From: an uncultured Ilumatobacteraceae bacterium
Lineage (GTDB): Bacteria > Actinomycetota > Acidimicrobiia > Acidimicrobiales > Ilumatobacteraceae
NCBI GenBank assembly: GCA_965371355.1
Contig: CBDUYD010000001.1
Location: 1,681 to 65,680, forward strand
Length of the DNA: 64,000 nt
Direction: 5' to 3'
Shown one piece after another: positions 58,492-64,000 of the stretch. Under the pieces are notes generated by a model. It was not told the origin of the DNA, searched no databases, and saw only the letters and a program-made list of their open reading frames with translations. The position numbers and the translations under genes were made by a program. The stretch's first letter is position 1, and each line of letters opens with the position of its first letter.

Positions 58492-59409
58492 GTGCCGCCA
58501 CCGCCGGCTCCGCGGGTGTCGCTCGTCGGATCGACCGCGACCGGCAAGTCGAGCGTCGCGATCGCGGTCGCAGCCGAACTCGGCGATGTACACCTCATCT
58601 CGGTCGACAGCATGCAGGTGTACCGGGGGATGGACATCGGCACCGCCAAGCCGACCGCGGTCGATCGTGCGCTCGTCCCACATCACGGCATCGACATCGT
58701 CGACCCGTGGGAGGACTTCACCGTCGCCGAGTTCCGCGAGGCTCACGACGAAGCGCTTGCCGAGATCGCGGCCACGGGTGGACGGGCACTGCTCGTCGGC
58801 GGGACGGGTCTGTACCACCGTGTGGTCGTCGACGACTTCGACCTGCCGGGGCAGTGGCCCGAGCTCCGTGCGGAACTGTCGAGCGAGGATCCTGAATCAC
58901 TCCACGCCCGGCTCGCAGCACTCGATCCGGTCGCGGCGGGGAAGATCGAGTCATCGAACGCCCGGCGCCTCGTCCGCGCTCTCGAGGTCTGTCTCGGCAG
59001 CGGTCGCCCGTTCAGCAGCTTCGGTCCCGGGGTCGATGTCTACCCGCCGACGCCGGTCGTGCAGATCGGGCTGCGCCTACCGCGCCAGCGCGTCTCAGAG
59101 CTGATCGAGAACCGGGTTCGCCGGATGATCGACGACGGGCTGATCGAGGAAGTTCGATCGCTGCTGCCGAGAGGTTTCTCGCGCACGGCCGGCCAGGCGC
59201 TCGGCTACAAGGAAATCGTCGAGCATCTCGAGGGTCGGATCGGCGAGGATGAGGCGATCGAGATGATCGTGACGCGGACCCGCCGGTTCGCCACCCGTCA
59301 AGACCGCTGGTTCCGGCGCGATCCCCGCGTACGCTGGATCGACGTCGAGGGCGATCCGGTGGCGGACGTCGGTCCGACAGTCATCGCCGCCTTCGAGTCC
59401 CTCACATGA
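58492..59409 (+). CDS. miaA: tRNA dimethylallyltransferase MiaA
   Basis: P-loop GSTATGKS, DSMQVYRGMDIGTAKP and GGTGLY motifs. Confidence 0.9.
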   Translation: MPPPPAPRVSLVGSTATGKSSVAIAVAAELGDVHLISVDSMQVYRGMDIGTAKPTAVDRALVPHHGIDIVDPWEDFTVAEFREAHDEALAEIAATGGRALLVGGTGLYHRVVVDDFDLPGQWPELRAELSSEDPESLHARLAALDPVAAGKIESSNARRLVRALEVCLGSGRPFSSFGPGVDVYPPTPVVQIGLRLPRQRVSELIENRVRRMIDDGLIEEVRSLLPRGFSRTAGQALGYKEIVEHLEGRIGEDEAIEMIVTRTRRFATRQDRWFRRDPRVRWIDVEGDPVADVGPTVIAAFESLT

Positions 59410-60233
59410 ACGATCTCACGATGACCAAGCACCATGGCCTGGGCAACGACTTCCTCGTCATGTTCGCGGTGCCGACAGACCCGGCCGCCATGGCGCGTCG
59501 CGTGTGCGATCGGCGCCGGGGCATCGGTGCCGACGGACTGCTCGTCGGCGAGGCGGCCGACGGCTATACGGCGCGGATGACCCTCTACAACGCGGACGGG
59601 TCGCGTGCCGAGATGAGCGGCAACGGGATCCGCTGCTTCGCGCAGGCGCTCGCGGAGAGGCACGGGACCCTCGACGACCAGTTGATCCTCACCGACGCCG
59701 GCGACCGGCGCGTCGTGCTCACGGCCACCGACGATCAGTCCACGATCGAGGCGAGTGTCGAGATGGGCGAGATCGGCGTGCTCGCCGAGCCGGTCGGATG
59801 GAGTGAACTGGCATGTCATCCCGATCGGCCGGTCGCCCACCTCGGTCTCGGCAATCCGCACAGCGTGGTCGGCGTCGACGAGGTGGCAGCCGTCGATCTG
59901 GCCGACCTCGGCGGGAAGGTGCCGCACATCAACCTCGAGATCGTCGAGCCCGGCCCCGAACCGACTGCGATCACGATGCGCGTCCACGAACGGGGCGCCG
60001 GCATCACCGAGGCATGCGGCACCGGCGCCTGCGCAGCGGCGTTCGCTGCGAGGAGCTGGGGACTCGTCGCCGCCACGACCGCCGAGGTGCTGGTGCACAT
60101 GAAGGGTGGCACCGGCCGCGTCGCGTTGGAGGGGGCGAGTCCGACGCGCGCCGTACTCACCGGACCGGCGACGTTCATCGCGTCGGTCACCATTCCCGAC
60201 GACATTGCTTGCCAGGAGATTCCCGCATCATGA
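59406..60233 (+). CDS. dapF: Diaminopimelate epimerase
   Basis: HGLGNDFLV N-terminal motif and the two catalytic Cys regions SGNGIRCF and EACGTGACAA. Confidence 0.9.
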   Translation: MNDLTMTKHHGLGNDFLVMFAVPTDPAAMARRVCDRRRGIGADGLLVGEAADGYTARMTLYNADGSRAEMSGNGIRCFAQALAERHGTLDDQLILTDAGDRRVVLTATDDQSTIEASVEMGEIGVLAEPVGWSELACHPDRPVAHLGLGNPHSVVGVDEVAAVDLADLGGKVPHINLEIVEPGPEPTAITMRVHERGAGITEACGTGACAAAFAARSWGLVAATTAEVLVHMKGGTGRVALEGASPTRAVLTGPATFIASVTIPDDIACQEIPAS

Positions 60234-61570
60234 CCACTCCGTACGACGAGGCGCTCGCCGGCACGCTGATCGACCGCACGATCCGCGAGCGGATAGTGCT
60301 CGTGTCGGTCGCCCTGCCGGACGACGATGACGCGGCGGTCGACGCCGGTATCGACGAGCTCGAGTTGCTCGTCGACACCGCTGGCGCCGATGTCGTCGGT
60401 CAGCTCACCCAACGCCGCGATTCCCCGGATCACACCTGGTTCCTGGGCAAGGGCAAGGCCGAGGAGTTGAAGGCTCTGTGCCTCGCGCTCGACGCGGACA
60501 CCGTCGTGTTCGACAACGAACTCTCACCCGCTCAACAGTTCAACCTCGAGAAGCTCCTCGGAAGGACGGCGATCGACCGTACGGCGGTGATCCTCGACAT
60601 CTTCGGGCAGAACGCGCACACCCTCGAGGGCAAGGCGCAGGTCGAGCTGGCGCTCCTGCGGTACCGCCTGCCCCGCTTGCGGCGCGGTGCCAAGGCGAAG
60701 CTGTCCCAGCAGCGCGGCGGCGTCGGCGCACGCTTCGGCGGCGGCGAGACGCGCATCGAGACCGACCGAAGGCGCATCATGCGCCGGATCAACAAGCTCG
60801 AGCGCGACCTCGCGTCGCTCGCCGAGACCAGGGCGCTCCAGCGCAAGGGCCGCACCCTCAGCGGGCTCGCCTCGGTCGCGGTCGTCGGCTACACCAACGC
60901 CGGCAAGTCGACCCTGCTCAACCAGCTGACCGATTCGGGGGTGCTTGTCGAGAACCGGCTGTTCGCGACTCTCGACCCGACGACCCGACGCCTCGCACTC
61001 CCCGGAGGCGAGCCGGTGCTGCTGACCGACACGGTCGGCTTCATCAGCCGCCTCCCGCACGGTCTGGTGGAATCGTTCAAGGGCACCCTCGAGGTCGCCG
61101 CCCGCGCGGATCACCTCCTCCACATCGTCGATGCGAGCGCCGCCGATCCCGAGCGTCAGATCGAGGCGGTGCACCTGGTGCTCTCCGAGATCGACGCCGC
61201 GTCGGTGCCCGAGCTTCTCGTCTTCAACAAGTCCGATCTCGCGCCGGGGAGGGCCAAGGAGCTCGTGGCCGACCATCCCGGTTCGGTCGCCGTCAGCGCG
61301 GCGATCGGCGATGGCCTCGACACGCTGCTGCGCACGCTCGCCGACCGTCTCCGGGCGCACAACGTCGTCTACGGGTTGAGCGTGCCCTACGACCGCGGCG
61401 ACGTCCTCGCCGCGGTGCACCGCGAGGGTGAGGTTCTCTCCGTCGAAGATGGCGAGGCCGCATGGCGGATCGAGGCGCGGCTTTCGGACGCGTCGGTGGG
61501 TCGACTCGGCGAGTTCCTCGTCGACGGTCTGACGGTGACACCGGAGGACTCCGACGGTCGGGCATCATGA
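60230..61570 (+). CDS. hflX: GTPase HflX
   Basis: ATGA overlap with the dapF stop. HflX N-domain (QLELALLRYRLPRL-type). G1 GYTNAGKST, G3 DTVGF and G4 NKSD. Confidence 0.92.
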   Translation: MTTPYDEALAGTLIDRTIRERIVLVSVALPDDDDAAVDAGIDELELLVDTAGADVVGQLTQRRDSPDHTWFLGKGKAEELKALCLALDADTVVFDNELSPAQQFNLEKLLGRTAIDRTAVILDIFGQNAHTLEGKAQVELALLRYRLPRLRRGAKAKLSQQRGGVGARFGGGETRIETDRRRIMRRINKLERDLASLAETRALQRKGRTLSGLASVAVVGYTNAGKSTLLNQLTDSGVLVENRLFATLDPTTRRLALPGGEPVLLTDTVGFISRLPHGLVESFKGTLEVAARADHLLHIVDASAADPERQIEAVHLVLSEIDAASVPELLVFNKSDLAPGRAKELVADHPGSVAVSAAIGDGLDTLLRTLADRLRAHNVVYGLSVPYDRGDVLAAVHREGEVLSVEDGEAAWRIEARLSDASVGRLGEFLVDGLTVTPEDSDGRAS

Positions 61571-62691
61571 CATCGATGCGTCCGGCCTTCGCACCACCGC
61601 CCTACCCCTACGATCGTCTCGACCCGTTCCGTGCGATAGCCGACGAGTTCGACGGGGGAGCGGTCGACCTCTCGATCGGAACCCCCTACGATACGCCGCC
61701 CGAAGCGGTCGTCGCTGCACTCGCGGCGAGCGACGCCGAGCGTGGGTACCCGCCGAGCAAGGGGTCGGTGATGCTGCGTGAAGCGGCGAGTCGATGGATG
61801 GGCCGCCGGTTCGCGATCGATGTCCCGGCCGAGCACATCGGCGCCTCGATCGGCACGAAGGAGTTCGTCGCCGGCCTGCCGCAGTTGATGCGCCTCCGGA
61901 CACCGGATCGCGACACGGTGCTCTCCCCGTCTGTGGCGTATCCGACCTATGCGATGGGTGCGACGCTCGGCGGCTGCCGGTCGGTCACCGTAGCACCGCG
62001 GTCCGACGGCACACTCGACCTCGAGTCGATCGATCCGGGCGATGCCGAACGTGCCCTGATGCTCTGGGTCAACAGTCCGAGCAACCCGACGGGGGCGCTC
62101 GACGATCTCGGGGCGGCGGCGCAATGGGGGCGCGAGCACGGCGTGCCGGTGTTCTCCGACGAGTGCTACGTCGAGTTCACGTGGACCGGTGACGGGCGGA
62201 CGATTCTCGAGAACGGGCTCGAAGGCGTCGTCGCCGTGCACTCGCTCTCGAAGCGTTCGAACCTGGCCGGGGTGCGGGTCGGCTTCTACGCAGGCGACCC
62301 GGAGATCGTCGCCTACCTGCAGCTCGTGCGCCAGCACGCGGGGATGATGGTTCCCGGTCCGGCTCAAGCGGCCGGTGTGGTGGCGCTCGACGACGATTCC
62401 CACGTCGCGCGACAGCGAGAGCGGTACCGCAGCCGACTCGATCTACTCGCCGCGGTGCTGATGGAGTGGTCGGGGCGTGAGGTGACCACGCCCGCCGGTG
62501 GGTTCTATCTCTGGATCCCTGTCGACGACGGCTGGGAGTTCACCGAGCGACTCGCCCGTGACGGTGGCGCGATCGTGAGTCCAGGCGAGTTCTTCGGCGA
62601 CGACGGCGCCGACTTCGTGCGCGTCGCGGTCGTGCAGCCCGACGACCGGATCCGGTTGGTCGAAGAACGCCTGCGAGTTGATCGTGGCTGA
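61567..62691 (+). CDS. dapC: Succinyldiaminopimelate transaminase (actinobacterial DapC-type class I aminotransferase)
   Basis: ATGA overlap with the hflX stop. PYPYDRLDPF N-terminus. PLP lysine motif SLSKRSNLAGVRVGF. Confidence 0.8.
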   Translation: MTSMRPAFAPPPYPYDRLDPFRAIADEFDGGAVDLSIGTPYDTPPEAVVAALAASDAERGYPPSKGSVMLREAASRWMGRRFAIDVPAEHIGASIGTKEFVAGLPQLMRLRTPDRDTVLSPSVAYPTYAMGATLGGCRSVTVAPRSDGTLDLESIDPGDAERALMLWVNSPSNPTGALDDLGAAAQWGREHGVPVFSDECYVEFTWTGDGRTILENGLEGVVAVHSLSKRSNLAGVRVGFYAGDPEIVAYLQLVRQHAGMMVPGPAQAAGVVALDDDSHVARQRERYRSRLDLLAAVLMEWSGREVTTPAGGFYLWIPVDDGWEFTERLARDGGAIVSPGEFFGDDGADFVRVAVVQPDDRIRLVEERLRVDRG

Positions 62692-63613
62692 GCCGTGGTG
62701 GTCGGCCCCGCCGTCGTCGACCACGACCACGACCACGACAACGACCACAGCCACGCGAAGTACCGGGGCAACGACGACGGGGACCGCTCCGACCGCGGTG
62801 ATCACCACCGCCGCGACGGCGTCGACGACACGCCCGCCTCGAGGTCGCCTTCCACTGGTGCTCGGCGGCATCGTCATCGTGCTCGCGGGCGTGATCGGTG
62901 CCAGCACGCTGTGGTCGCTCGCCGAGCGGCGACACGATGACACGGTCGCCGACTTCGCGCGGGCGCCCGCCGGCTGCGACACGACCCTCGCGTTCGAGCG
63001 TGAGGGCCGCTTCCTCCTGTACGTCGAGACGGCCGGACAGCTCGACCGGATCGACGGCGACTGCGACGCCGCGGGCGCGTTCTCTCGCAGTGACGACTCG
63101 AACCCTGCATTCGAACTCGCGATCATCGGTTCCGACGGCGAGCAACTCCCGCTCGGCGGCCACACCGGAATCGCCTACGACACAGACGGCTATGTCGGCT
63201 CGTCGGTGGGATCGGTACAGATCGACGGCCCTGGCGAGTACGTCATGCGGGTGGCCTCGGCGGCGGACGATTTCGTCGTCGCGGTGGGCACCGATCCCGA
63301 CGAGGATGCGGGGGTGCTGAGGCTCGGCGCGATCAGCCTGCTGATCGGCGGCCTCGTCGTCGGCGGAACGGCGCTCGTGCTGGCCGCACTTCGGGGCGAC
63401 CGAGTGTCGACCGACGGTGCGGTCGTGCCTGCAATCTGGCCCGTTCGGATCGACGGGCCGCCGCTCGCTCAGCACGGCGCGGCATGGGAGCAGGCCGCGG
63501 GACCACCCGCCAAGGCACCCGGGATACCCGGCGAGGCGCTCCAGCCACCTGGACGGCCGTCGGCATGGGCCCCGCCGCCCGGCGAGGGCGAGTGGCCGCC
63601 CGATGGTCAGTAG
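62678..63613 (+). CDS. Hypothetical membrane protein with a poly-Thr N-terminal region
   Basis: Run STTTTTTTTTTATRSTGATTTG. TM segment LPLVLGGIVIVLAGVIGAS. Second TM segment LGAISLLIGGLVVGGTALVLAAL. Pro-rich tail. Its 3' end overlaps the lexA stop by 7 nt. Confidence 0.45.
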   Translation: MIVAEPWWSAPPSSTTTTTTTTTTATRSTGATTTGTAPTAVITTAATASTTRPPRGRLPLVLGGIVIVLAGVIGASTLWSLAERRHDDTVADFARAPAGCDTTLAFEREGRFLLYVETAGQLDRIDGDCDAAGAFSRSDDSNPAFELAIIGSDGEQLPLGGHTGIAYDTDGYVGSSVGSVQIDGPGEYVMRVASAADDFVVAVGTDPDEDAGVLRLGAISLLIGGLVVGGTALVLAALRGDRVSTDGAVVPAIWPVRIDGPPLAQHGAAWEQAAGPPAKAPGIPGEALQPPGRPSAWAPPPGEGEWPPDGQ

Positions 63614-64000
63614 CGCCGCATGACTGTGACCACCCGCCCGTAGAGTTCGACGGTGTCGGCGGTGAACGTCATCGGCTCCATGGTGTCGTTGGCCGGCGTG
63701 AGCGTGACGTCGGCACCCGATCGGGAGTAGAACTTGACCGTGCCCTCGCCCCCGGGGATGCCGGCGACGACGATGTCTCCGTTGTTCGGGTGGGTGACCT
63801 GGGTGGCCACGACGTAGTCGCCGTCGAGGATGCCCGCCCCGATCATCGAATCGCCCCTGACCCTGAGCATGAAGAGCTCACCCTCGCCGGCGAAGTCGAC
63901 GGGGACGGGGAGCAGTTCTTCGATGTTCTCCTCGGCGAGTACGTCGGTGCCGGCGGCGACATCGCCCACCAGTGGGACGTGACGGACCGGTCGACGTTCC
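63607..64000 (-). CDS. lexA: LexA repressor, C-terminal S24 peptidase domain (N-terminus beyond the window)
   Basis: The frame is open to nt 64000. VPLVGDVAAGTDVLAEENIE contains the Ala-Gly cleavage site. Catalytic VRGDSMIGAGILDGDYV. A Lys region follows downstream. Confidence 0.9.
   Translation of the reverse strand, partial: ERRPVRHVPLVGDVAAGTDVLAEENIEELLPVPVDFAGEGELFMLRVRGDSMIGAGILDGDYVVATQVTHPNNGDIVVAGIPGGEGTVKFYSRSGADVTLTPANDTMEPMTFTADTVELYGRVVTVMRRY

Overview
High-GC, GC3-rich chromosomal core region with Actinomycetota-type synteny, possibly Acidimicrobiia-like (inference from gene order only). I call about 62 protein genes, 2 tRNAs (His-GTG, Lys-CTT) and several structured or repeated intergenic elements. 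The gene blocks are: mreC-mreD-PBP2-rodA; a radical-SAM pair (TIGR03960-like plus DUF2344-like) followed by RNase E/G; rplU-rpmA; pckG; rpmB / yloV-recG; rsmD-coaD; yceD-rpmF-plsX-acpP-rnc-mutM-smc-ftsY-ffh-rpsP-KH-rimM-trmD-rplS; yraN; an AdnAB/AddAB-like helicase-nuclease pair; rpe; psuG; recA with a Cheo-type LexA box; miaB-(chorismate mutase)-miaA-dapF-hflX-dapC; and the 3' part of lexA at the window edge. I see no prophage, CRISPR, transposase or recognisable defence island. The most interesting signal is a small HesB/IscA-like ORF (11836-12129) that ORF callers split. It has an in-frame TGA followed by a stem-loop very similar to the E. coli fdhF SECIS, so it is a candidate selenoprotein. 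It lies in a ~3.7 kb accessory insertion between rne and rplU, next to a perfect 25-bp hairpin and a polypurine / G-quadruplex-type tract. A bipartite intergenic repeat family (CTGTGTGAGCA box plus GGTTGTCGGTCACGC box) recurs at several loci. Sub-ORF coordinates were counted by hand and cross-checked against the ORF track. All homology calls rest on remembered motifs, not on searches.
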